From contig CASWRE010000005.1 in NCBI GenBank assembly GCA_949471785.1, forward strand, positions 13,342 through 77,341: a stretch of 64,000 nt of DNA, given 5' to 3'. Under the pieces are notes generated by a model, which ran no database searches, was not told where the DNA came from, and saw only the letters and a program-made list of their open reading frames with translations. Below are positions 28,481 to 36,910 of this stretch, in pieces. A program made the position numbers and the translations under genes. Every line of letters begins with the position of its first letter. The first letter of the stretch is position 1. This DNA is from an uncultured Lachnospiraceae bacterium (GTDB lineage Bacteria > Bacillota > Clostridia > Lachnospirales > Lachnospiraceae).

Positions 28481-29791
28481 GTGGTGATCATTTTGCATTA
28501 TCAGGAAATCGTAAATTATATAGAAGAAATACCAAAATTTTCGACCAAGCATCCGCTGGAACACACCAGGAAACTGCTGGCCCGTCTGGGGAATCCTCAG
28601 AATGAATTTAAGGTGATTCATGTGGCGGGAACCAACGGCAAGGGCAGTACCTGCGCCTATCTGGCTTCTATGTTCCGTGAGGGCGGACTGGCCTGCGGCC
28701 TGTTCATCTCACCTCATCTGGTGACAATCCGGGAGCGTTTTCAGATCGACGGCCGGATGGTCAGCGAGGAAGATTTTGTGGAAGTGTTCGATCGCGTCAA
28801 AGAGCAGATTGACCGCTTTGTGGCGGAGGGCGATGGCCATCCCAGCTATTTTGAGACTCTTTTTGTGATGGGGATGCTGTATTTCCGGAAGAAACAGGTG
28901 GAATATGTGATTCTGGAGACGGGACTCGGCGGACGGCTGGACGCCACCAATACGGTGGAGCGGCCTCTGGCTGATATCATCACGTCCATCAGCCTGGACC
29001 ATACGGAGTGGCTGGGGGACACGGTGACGGCTATAGCCGGGGAGAAGGCCGGGATCATCAGGCCCGGCGTTCCGGTAATCTTTGACGGGCATGTGCCGGA
29101 TGCTTCCGCGGTCATTCGCGGGAGAGCAGAAGAGCTTTTTTCTCCCGCCTATGAGCTTGGGGAGGACATGTATGAGATTACGGACAGTGACAGGGAAGGC
29201 ATTACATTCCTGTTCCGAAATCCCTATGGCGGAGACGTCGAGCTCCATATTCCCTACATAGCGCCCTATCAGATGATGAACGCTGCGTTGGCGTTTCTGA
29301 CTATGCTGGTGCTACGAAAGGAGCATGGCATCCCTCTGGAGCGGCTGAAAGAAGGCATTGCTCATACCCGTTGGCCGGGGCGTATGGAGACCGTGTTGCC
29401 TGGAGTGGTCGTTGACGGCGCTCACAATGCGGACGGTATAGCCCGTTTTGTGGAGACGGCCCGGCGGTTTGCCGCAGAGTGCGAAATTACGCTGCTGTTC
29501 TCTGCGGTGTCCGACAAAGAGTACGACAAGATGATCGGCGAGATCTGTGAGGCCATTCGTCCGGCTCATGTGGTGACGACTCAGGTGGGCGGCGGCCGGG
29601 AAGTTTCTGCAGGACGGCTGGCAGAGTCCTTCCGGCGTGCCGGCTGCACGACTGTGGAGAGCGAGCCGGATACGGTTCGTGCCTTTCGGCTGGCTCTGAA
29701 AGAGAGAGGGGACGGCATGCTGTTCTGCGTGGGTTCCCTTTACCTGGTGGGGGAGATCAAAGCATATCTGGAGAGGAGTACAGATGATTAA
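28481..29791 (+). CDS. folC: Bifunctional folylpolyglutamate synthase / dihydrofolate synthase
   Basis: IHVAGTNGKGST P-loop, ILETGLGGRLDATN, DGAHN. The start codon is uncertain (GTG 28481 or TTG 28493). Confidence 0.9.
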   Translation: MVIILHYQEIVNYIEEIPKFSTKHPLEHTRKLLARLGNPQNEFKVIHVAGTNGKGSTCAYLASMFREGGLACGLFISPHLVTIRERFQIDGRMVSEEDFVEVFDRVKEQIDRFVAEGDGHPSYFETLFVMGMLYFRKKQVEYVILETGLGGRLDATNTVERPLADIITSISLDHTEWLGDTVTAIAGEKAGIIRPGVPVIFDGHVPDASAVIRGRAEELFSPAYELGEDMYEITDSDREGITFLFRNPYGGDVELHIPYIAPYQMMNAALAFLTMLVLRKEHGIPLERLKEGIAHTRWPGRMETVLPGVVVDGAHNADGIARFVETARRFAAECEITLLFSAVSDKEYDKMIGEICEAIRPAHVVTTQVGGGREVSAGRLAESFRRAGCTTVESEPDTVRAFRLALKERGDGMLFCVGSLYLVGEIKAYLERSTDD

Positions 29792-29933
29792 TTACGAAGA
29801 AGAACTGAAAAAATTCAAACCGTGCCTGGAGGTAAATGAGGTGGAGGAAACCATTCATAACCAGGAGCTCACGGATATTATGGATATTGTTAAGGAAATG
29901 ATGGACAGCCGTTCAGCCGGTTTCCGGCAGTAA
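29784..29933 (+). CDS. Small acidic hypothetical protein (49 aa)
   Basis: The ATG at 29784 follows GGAGAGGAG and overlaps the folC stop. MINYEEELKKFKPCLEVNEVEETIHNQELTDIMDIVKEMMDSRSAGFRQ. It is below the ORF-track size cut-off. Confidence 0.4.
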   Translation: MINYEEELKKFKPCLEVNEVEETIHNQELTDIMDIVKEMMDSRSAGFRQ

Positions 29934-29944
29934 GGGGTATAAAA

Positions 29945-31624
29945 ATGAGATGTATACGATGTCAGACCGAACTGACGGAATCCCCTTTCTGCCCGGGATG
30001 CGGATGCGATGTGACGATACAGAAGAGATCTTATCTGGTATCCGATATGTATTATAATCACGGGCTGGAAAAGGCGGAGATCCGCGATCTGTCCGGCGCG
30101 GTGGATCTGCTGGTGCGCAGTCTGAAATTTAATAAGAGAAATATTCAGGCGAGGAATTTGCTCGGGCTGGTTTATTTCGAGATGGGCGAGGCCGTGGCGG
30201 CCATGAGCGAGTGGATTATCAGTGATAATCTTCAGACCAGCGGGAATATTGCTTCAGAGTATATTGAGCGATTGAAAGCCAATGGCAATAAGCTGGATAC
30301 GATCAATCTCTCCATAAAAAGCTATAATGAAGCGCTGTCTACCTGTCGGAACGGCCATACGGACACGGCAGTCATTCAGCTGAAAAAGGTGCTGTCCCAG
30401 AATCCCAAACTTATCAAAGGCTACCATTTGCTGGCTCTGATCTATATGAAGGACGGGGAGTACAAAAAGGCGAGAAGAATTCTCAAGAAAGCGGCAAGGA
30501 TTGACAAAACCAATTCTACCACTCTTCGTTTTATGAAAGAGATCGACGAGCAGACCGGCAGTTCCGGCAGAAGGGAGTTTGTGTGGCCTTCCTTCGGCAG
30601 GAAACCCAGCGCCGAGCAGGTGCAGGAAAATGCGCCGGAGATTTTCCTGTCGGATAATGACATAGTCATCCAGCCCCCCGCTTTCCGGGAGAGTTCCGTG
30701 CTGGCTACGCTGATTAATCTGTGTTTTGGCCTGGCGGTGGGGGCTGCGGTAGTCTGGTTCCTGGTGATTCCCGCCAATACCCAGAATATCAACCAGGAAG
30801 CCAACGAGAAGGTCGTGGAGTACAGTAATACCATGGCGAGTCAGTCCTCAGAGATTACCAAACTGAAAGCACAGATTTCCGAATCTCAGGAGACGGTAGC
30901 GTCGGCCACGGCCCAGATCGAGACGGCTACGGCTCAGGTGACCAGCTACGAGAATCTTCTGAAGGCGTACAATGCTTTCCAGGAAGAGAAATATGACAGT
31001 GTGGCCAATGTGTTTAGCAGTATTGATTCCGGCGTATTGTCCGTAGACGGCCGGCTGCTTTATGATTCTATCTACAGTCAGGTCAGGAGTTATCTGTTTG
31101 AGAATTATAAAGAAACGGGAGTTTCGGCTTACATGGACGAGGATTACCAGAAAGCGGTGGAAAATCTCACCAAGGCCATGGAGATTGAGGACGAGGATTA
31201 TCACGTGATGGATTACCTGGCCAATGCTTATCGTTATCTGGGCATGCCGGATGAGGCCAGGGCCATGTATCAGAAGATCGTGGAGACATTTCCGAATACC
31301 AGCCGTTCAGAAAATGCCCAGTCTTATATTGACGCCATTGACAACGGTACAGATATTTCCGTGGAGATGAAAAATTCTGGCCGGACGGCGGATCTCGGTT
31401 CCCAGGATGACAATGCCGGTACTGGGAACGGCGATGGCGCAGGAGGTACGGCGGGAGACGGTAATGGCGGTACCGGAGACGGCGGTGGCAGTACGGGAAG
31501 CGGTGATGGCGGTACCGGAGACGGCGATGGCAGTACGGGAGGCGGCGATGGCGGTACCGGAAATAGTGGTCAGCCGACGGGAAACGGCGATCAACCGGAC
31601 GACAATATGACGCCCAATGAATAG
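29945..31624 (+). CDS. Zinc-ribbon / TPR-repeat membrane protein with a Gly/Asp/Thr-rich C-terminal tail
   Basis: N-terminal CxxC...CxxC (MRCIRCQTELTESPFCPGCGCD), TPR-like repeats, one TM segment (VLATLINLCFGLAVGAAVVWFLVIP), a coiled coil, more TPR, then GTGDG repeats. Confidence 0.75.
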   Translation: MRCIRCQTELTESPFCPGCGCDVTIQKRSYLVSDMYYNHGLEKAEIRDLSGAVDLLVRSLKFNKRNIQARNLLGLVYFEMGEAVAAMSEWIISDNLQTSGNIASEYIERLKANGNKLDTINLSIKSYNEALSTCRNGHTDTAVIQLKKVLSQNPKLIKGYHLLALIYMKDGEYKKARRILKKAARIDKTNSTTLRFMKEIDEQTGSSGRREFVWPSFGRKPSAEQVQENAPEIFLSDNDIVIQPPAFRESSVLATLINLCFGLAVGAAVVWFLVIPANTQNINQEANEKVVEYSNTMASQSSEITKLKAQISESQETVASATAQIETATAQVTSYENLLKAYNAFQEEKYDSVANVFSSIDSGVLSVDGRLLYDSIYSQVRSYLFENYKETGVSAYMDEDYQKAVENLTKAMEIEDEDYHVMDYLANAYRYLGMPDEARAMYQKIVETFPNTSRSENAQSYIDAIDNGTDISVEMKNSGRTADLGSQDDNAGTGNGDGAGGTAGDGNGGTGDGGGSTGSGDGGTGDGDGSTGGGDGGTGNSGQPTGNGDQPDDNMTPNE

Positions 31625-31805
31625 AAAAAGCAGGTTGCGAGTATGAAATACAGAGGATGTGGCCGTGAAGGTTTTCTGCGGCTGCATCCTTATTTTATGC
31701 ATCAATATGTGGACAAGCTGCCGACGGCAGATTTTCTGTATGCCGTGGTATATACAAAAGTCTCCGGCGGAGGGGGTTTCGTATATTTAAGATTGGGAGG
31801 GAAAT

Positions 31806-32129
31806 ATGAACAGCCTATTTCAGATCAGGGATAACTGCATGACGATACGGGTGCCGGAAGAGCTGGATCACCATAATGCTCTGCCCATACAGCAGGAAGC
31901 GGACGAAGTGATGATGAACAGAGATATACAGACAATCGTATTTGATTTTCGGGATACGTCCTTTATGGACAGCTCCGGTATTGGCGTGCTGATGGGGAGA
32001 TATCGCGCTATACAGCGGAAGGGAGGACGGATACAGGCAGAAAACGTGAGCGATCGAATCGAAAAAATCCTTCAAATGTCTGGTATCAGTAAATTGATAC
32101 CGGTAAACAGGAAAAGGGAATGGCTGTAG
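31806..32129 (+). CDS. spoIIAA: Anti-sigma F factor antagonist (STAS domain)
   Basis: 107 aa. DFRDTSFMDSSGIGVLMGRY contains the phosphorylatable Ser motif. It sits upstream of spoIIAB-sigF. Confidence 0.9.
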   Translation: MNSLFQIRDNCMTIRVPEELDHHNALPIQQEADEVMMNRDIQTIVFDFRDTSFMDSSGIGVLMGRYRAIQRKGGRIQAENVSDRIEKILQMSGISKLIPVNRKREWL

Positions 32130-32191
32130 AGGGGCCGGCGGCGGCCCGGCCGGAAACGCCGCAAAACAGAGAGCAAAGAAAGGGGGTTATC

Positions 32192-32650
32192 ATGGAAAAC
32201 ACCAATGAAATGTCTTTGGAATTTGACAGCAGATCCTTGAATGAAGGGTTTGTGCGGGTGGCGGTGGCGGCCTTTGCCACGCAGCTCAATCCGACCCTTG
32301 AGGAAGTGGCGGATCTGAAGACCGCCGTATCGGAGGCGGTGACAAATGCAATTATTCATGCCTATGAAAAACAGGTGGAAAAGATACGAATTGACTGCCG
32401 TGTAAGGGGGCGGGAGATGGAGGTGGAGATTGTGGATCATGGTGTGGGCATCCCGGACGTACAGAAAGCCATGGAGCCGATGTACACGACGAAACCGGAG
32501 ATGGATCGGTCGGGTATGGGGTTCGCTTTTATGGAGGCATTCATGGATGAGCTGCGGGTGAAATCCGAACCGGGTGTGGGCACCACCGTGTGGATGAAGA
32601 AAAAATTTGGCTGCCAGTCCGGGCAAAACGATTTGTCCGGAGATGCATGA
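32192..32650 (+). CDS. spoIIAB: Anti-sigma F factor (serine protein kinase)
   Basis: The internal ATG at 32192 follows AGGGGG. GHKL boxes SEAVTNAIIHAY, DHGVGIPD, GMGFAFM. Confidence 0.9.
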   Translation: MENTNEMSLEFDSRSLNEGFVRVAVAAFATQLNPTLEEVADLKTAVSEAVTNAIIHAYEKQVEKIRIDCRVRGREMEVEIVDHGVGIPDVQKAMEPMYTTKPEMDRSGMGFAFMEAFMDELRVKSEPGVGTTVWMKKKFGCQSGQNDLSGDA

Positions 32651-32677
32651 TGTGGGCATATTGGCCTGGGAGGTGGC

Positions 32678-33388
32678 ATGGAACGTACCCTTGCATTGAT
32701 TGAACGGTCTCACCGGGGCGATAAAGGGGCGAGGAATACGCTGGCAGAGGAAAATATGGGATTGGTCTGGAGCATTGTCCGGCGCTTTTTAAACAGGGGA
32801 GTGGAAAAGGAGGATCTTTTTCAGATCGGAAGTATCGGATTGCTGAAAGCCATAGATAAATTTGATACCGGCTATGACGTGTGCTTTTCTACTTACGCCG
32901 TGCCGATGATCACCGGGGAGATCAAACGTTTCCTGCGGGACGACGGAATGATTAAAGTGAGTCGCTCGCTGAAAGAGCTGTCGGTTAAGGCCTGGCAGAG
33001 CAGGGAGGAGCTGGAGCGTCGGCTGGGCCGGGAGCCCACGGTGACGGAGATTGCCGATGATCTGGGTATTGAGGTGGAAGAACTCTCAATGGCCATGGAA
33101 GCGGGGGCGGATGTGGAGTCGCTGCAGCAGGTCATCTATCAGGGGGACGGTACGGAGATTACCCTGATGGACAAGCTGGAAAATGACGACGAGCCCACAG
33201 GGCGCGTGCTGGACCGCATGCTTCTGGAGGGGCTTTTAAAACGGCTGGACGCTCAGGAAAAGCAGTTGATTTTGATGCGGTACTATCAGGAAAAGACGCA
33301 GTCGGCCATCGCCGAGAAGCTGGGGATATCCCAGGTTCAGGTTTCGCGGATGGAAAAAAGGATTTTGAAAAAGCTGCGGAATGGATGA
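32678..33388 (+). CDS. sigF: RNA polymerase sporulation sigma factor SigF
   Basis: Regions 2-4 are present: DLFQIGSIGLLKAIDKFD, FSTYAVPMITGEIKRFLRD, QSAIAEKLGISQVQVSRMEKR. Confidence 0.93.
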   Translation: MERTLALIERSHRGDKGARNTLAEENMGLVWSIVRRFLNRGVEKEDLFQIGSIGLLKAIDKFDTGYDVCFSTYAVPMITGEIKRFLRDDGMIKVSRSLKELSVKAWQSREELERRLGREPTVTEIADDLGIEVEELSMAMEAGADVESLQQVIYQGDGTEITLMDKLENDDEPTGRVLDRMLLEGLLKRLDAQEKQLILMRYYQEKTQSAIAEKLGISQVQVSRMEKRILKKLRNG

Positions 33389-33497
33389 GAGGGAAAGCAA
33401 ATCGTGAGAAAAAGAGGAGAAAGCAGTATTTTTTCTGAAATTCTGCGCAGACTACGGTGTAGGAATAACAGAAAAATACAAAAGGGAGGGAGCGTAC

Positions 33498-33641
33498 ATG
33501 TATAGACGGACGAAACGAAGGAACTGGTATCTGTGGTTTCTGGTTGCGGCGGGAGTGGCCGGCCTGGTTGCGCTGTGGCTGATGATGGGCAGAGATATGC
33601 ATGAAAATATGGCCAGGGGGGCTTTGATATTTCGCAGGTAG
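33498..33641 (+). CDS. Possible small membrane protein (47 aa)
   Basis: The ATG follows AGGGAGGGAG. MYRRTKRRNWYLWFLVAAGVAGLVALWLMM... has one TM segment. No homology was recognised. Confidence 0.3.
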   Translation: MYRRTKRRNWYLWFLVAAGVAGLVALWLMMGRDMHENMARGALIFRR

Positions 33642-33664
33642 ACAAACAGACGGGGACGCTTTAT

Positions 33665-34261
33665 GTGCAGGTGGGGCGTCACAACATGGTCGGCCCGGGG
33701 AAAGTGCTTCTCGGCGATGTGGCGGAGCTGTACAGTGTGGATCGCCGTCTGCTGGAAAAATGTATGCAGATTCCTCTGGTGGAGGTAAAGGAGGGGAAAT
33801 ACGGCCGGTATCTGGTGTCTGTGCGGGATGTTATTAAGGCGATCGGAAGCAGGTTTCCCCATGTGGAAGTGGTTCCCCTCGGAGATCCGGAGATGGTTCT
33901 GGAGTATGCCAAAAGATCTCAGGGCCATGTATGGCTGAAATACACCAAAACCGCTTTAGTGAGTCTGATTGTTTTTGTAGGGTCGGCTTTCACAATCATG
34001 ACTTTTCTGGCAGAAGCCAATGTGCCGGGGCTGTTGGCCCGGGTGAGGGAGTGCTTTGACGTAAGAGAAATCGTGGGACAGACGGGTATGGAAATCTGCT
34101 TTTCTCTGGGTATAGGATTGGGGATGATTTTCTATTTTAACCACTTTGGACGCTGGCGCCTGCAGCAGGAGCCCACACCGATGGAGATGGAACTGCATCA
34201 GTATATGGAGGATGTGGAAGAAACGGTGCTGGAGCTGGAAGACGGTATGCAGGAGGAATAA
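33665..34261 (+). CDS. spoVAA: Stage V sporulation protein AA
   Basis: Resembles B. subtilis SpoVAA (SLGIGLGMIFYFNHF, EPTPMEMEL). GTG start; lies directly downstream of sigF, as in Bacillus. Confidence 0.8.
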   Translation: MQVGRHNMVGPGKVLLGDVAELYSVDRRLLEKCMQIPLVEVKEGKYGRYLVSVRDVIKAIGSRFPHVEVVPLGDPEMVLEYAKRSQGHVWLKYTKTALVSLIVFVGSAFTIMTFLAEANVPGLLARVRECFDVREIVGQTGMEICFSLGIGLGMIFYFNHFGRWRLQQEPTPMEMELHQYMEDVEETVLELEDGMQEE

Positions 34262-34314
34262 ACCAGAGAAAAGATGACACGGGAAGAGAAACGGATAAAA
34301 GGAGAGGACGGTGA

Positions 34315-34818
34315 TTGAGGATGGAGATGGTATCGGCCGGAACCGCGCTGTTTGCCGGAGAGGCAGTCGGGGCGACGGCTGTGGCTTTTGTCACCGGACG
34401 TGCGGCAGCGGCTATCTGTGTGGCGTTTTTTTCCGGGATGGCGGTGGCCTGCAGTACGGCGGCTTTTATTCTGGCCCTGGGTATTGTTCCCCGGGTGGCG
34501 GCCATCAGCGGTACTACCCGCCTGATTCTCTGGTATGAGGATTGCATGATGGCGGGGATCTTCATCGGCATTTTGCTGGAACTGGATTTTATCCGTCTGC
34601 CCCTGGGGATGCCCGCACTGTGGGCGGTGGGCATTCTGGGTGGGATGTTTCTCGGATGCTGGACGGCGGCTCTGGGAGAGATTGTTAATATTTACGCGGT
34701 GCTGCAGCGCCGGGCCAAAATTGAGAAAGGGTTTGCGCTGGTGGTTCTGGCGCTGGCTCTGGGAAAAGCGGCGGGCGCGTTGATTTACTTTTTTTGGACA
34801 GGAGGTAATCTATGGTAA
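34315..34818 (+). CDS. spoVAB: Stage V sporulation protein AB
   Basis: 167-aa multi-TM protein between spoVAA and spoVAC. The call rests on position and topology. Confidence 0.65.
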   Translation: MRMEMVSAGTALFAGEAVGATAVAFVTGRAAAAICVAFFSGMAVACSTAAFILALGIVPRVAAISGTTRLILWYEDCMMAGIFIGILLELDFIRLPLGMPALWAVGILGGMFLGCWTAALGEIVNIYAVLQRRAKIEKGFALVVLALALGKAAGALIYFFWTGGNLW

Positions 34819-35270
34819 CGGAGGAAGAAAAGAAAGAGTATCAGGAGTATGTGGAGGAGATTACCCCCACGCACAGCCTGCCGAAAAACATGTGTAAGGC
34901 GTTTCTGGTGGGCGGCGTGATCTGTGCGGTGGGACAGGCTTTCCTGAATTGGGGCGCGGCCCTGGGCCTGGACGAGAAAACGGCGGGGAGCTTCTGCTCG
35001 ATTTTGCTGGTATTGTCCAGTGTTGTGCTGACAGGCTTGAATATCTGGCCTTACATCGGCAAATTCGGCGGGGCCGGGGCCCTGGTGCCGATCACGGGCT
35101 TTGCCAACAGCGTGGCGGCCCCTGCCATTGAGTATCAGAAAGAAGGACAGGTATTCGGCATCGGGGCGAAGATATTTACGATTGCCGGGCCGGTGATTTT
35201 GTATGGGATTTTATCGAGCTGGGCGCTGGGGCTGGTTTACTGGATCGGGAAGATGGTGGGGGTATTTTAA
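34812..35270 (+). CDS. spoVAC: Stage V sporulation protein AC
   Basis: EYVEEITPTHSLPKNMCKAFLVGGVICAVGQ ... GAGALVPITGFANS is the conserved SpoVAC pattern. 152 aa. Confidence 0.88.
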   Translation: MVTEEEKKEYQEYVEEITPTHSLPKNMCKAFLVGGVICAVGQAFLNWGAALGLDEKTAGSFCSILLVLSSVVLTGLNIWPYIGKFGGAGALVPITGFANSVAAPAIEYQKEGQVFGIGAKIFTIAGPVILYGILSSWALGLVYWIGKMVGVF

Positions 35271-35424
35271 GAGAGGTCGCAGAAAAGATATAGAAGCAGA
35301 GTTTGTATGATGAGCAGGGTGGCGATGAAATGATTTGTCAGCCTGCTTTTTATTGTACTTTTGGCTTTTTTCGCTTATAATATGAACATATTGAAACGTA
35401 GGTTATTTCTCTTATGATTTATTT

Positions 35425-36051
35425 GTGTCAAAGATCAATGCTATTGACAGTATTCTTGCAAATCAGACTTTATCTGATCTGAATCAGAAACTGGAGGAGG
35501 AGAATAAGAAGAATCAGAAACTTGATGCAGAGATAGAAAAACTTCAGAAGCTGAAAGATATTGCATCTCAGAGAGCAAACGATATCAGAGATGTTGTAGA
35601 GAAGCTTTCGAAAGACGAGCATGAAAAAGTAGGACCCGCTCTTAGTAAGTTCTATAATAAGTTGATAAGATTAAATTCTAATGAGGGAATCAACATTGTC
35701 CAGGAAAATGAGGGAATCTCATTAGTTGATGATAAGGGTAAGAATATCGTTAATGTTTTAAGTAATGGTCAGATTAGTGTCTTTATGTTGGCTCATTTTT
35801 TTGCAGGTATCAATGCAAGGAATGACCGTGAAAAGATGAAAGTGTTTTTTATCGATGACCTGACTGCCTGTATGGATGATGTAAATATGCTTGCGTTCAT
35901 GGATTTACTTAAGTATCAAATGACGTCAAAAGCAACCATGGAGCAGTTATTTTTCATTACCTGTGATGACCGTATTAGTAAGTTATTGAAGTATAAGTTA
36001 AAAGGACGTGGGATTGAATTGCGTGAACTTTTAGAAACAGATTTCGCATAG
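35425..36051 (+). pseudogene. C-terminal remnant of an SMC/RecF-like ABC ATPase
   Basis: Only about 208 aa: a coiled-coil segment, signature LSNGQIS, Walker B KVFFIDDL and a D-loop. There is no N-terminal Walker A half, and the ORF opens directly after a stop. Confidence 0.6.
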
Positions 36052-36058
36052 TATTCTG

Positions 36059-36832
36059 GTGATATGTCAAGAACTTTTAGATTTCAAATTATTTTTTACC
36101 GTAAAGATAAAAAAGAAGTATCACCTTGAATGCGAAAGCAGCCTGCCGGATGGCAGAATGATGATAAGGCTTTTTGAATATGATGCCCAGATCGCACTTG
36201 ACGAGGGGGAGGTCACAGAGGAAGTTTTGAGAGTGACATTTCCCAATACGGCGGTGTTATATCTTCGGACGTATAAAAAGACACCGGATAAAATGAAGTA
36301 TGTGATTGTTACGCCTGGTGGAACTGTACAGTATGATGTACCAATCATGAAAGTGCAGACTTATTCGTTGGATGATATTTTTGAAAAGAAGTTGCTGCTT
36401 TTGATCCCGTTTTATATTTTCTCACATGAGAAGCGGTTTCCGGAGTATAATGATAATGAAGAGAAGCTGTCAGAATTGAAAGTGGAATACCATACGATTC
36501 TGGACAGGCTCAATGAGATGGAACATTGGGGAGTGATCGGGGCATTTGATAAGAGGACGATTATAGAGTTTTCTAACGATGTGATAAAAGAAATCGCACA
36601 AAAATATGAAAATGTGCAGAAAGGCGTAGGTGATATCATGGGTGGGGCGTTGATTGAAACAGAGGCAAGAACGATATTGAATCAGGGAAAAAGCCAGGGT
36701 AGAGATGAAACAAAAAAGAAGATGGCGCTTCGAATGTTGGATGATGGAGAGTTACCTGTTGAGAAAATTGCACGGTATTCGGGACTCGAAGTTGCGGAAG
36801 TGGAGCAACTTGTAAAGGGTCGGGCAAAGTAA
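36059..36832 (+). CDS. Rpn-family recombination-promoting nuclease / putative transposase (YhgA-like), probably N-terminally truncated
   Basis: KKYHLECESSLPDGRMMIRLFEYDAQIAL (hLEFQS-type core), plus a C-terminal ...KMALRMLDDGELPVEKIARYSGLEVAEVEQL tail typical of this family. The frame only opens at 36035, so the usual N-terminal 30-40 aa are missing. Confidence 0.6.
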   Translation: MICQELLDFKLFFTVKIKKKYHLECESSLPDGRMMIRLFEYDAQIALDEGEVTEEVLRVTFPNTAVLYLRTYKKTPDKMKYVIVTPGGTVQYDVPIMKVQTYSLDDIFEKKLLLLIPFYIFSHEKRFPEYNDNEEKLSELKVEYHTILDRLNEMEHWGVIGAFDKRTIIEFSNDVIKEIAQKYENVQKGVGDIMGGALIETEARTILNQGKSQGRDETKKKMALRMLDDGELPVEKIARYSGLEVAEVEQLVKGRAK

Positions 36833-36910
36833 GGTTTTTCAGTTATGTATTGGTATTGTTAGGAATTTAATATACAAAGAAGGATTTTTGGTGGGAAAAG
36901 CGGTGATACA

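Noticed and set aside
31395-31600. Regularly spaced repeats that at first glance resemble an array.
   Set aside because: They lie inside a continuous ORF and encode Gly/Asp/Thr repeats. There are no unique spacers. This is not a CRISPR array.
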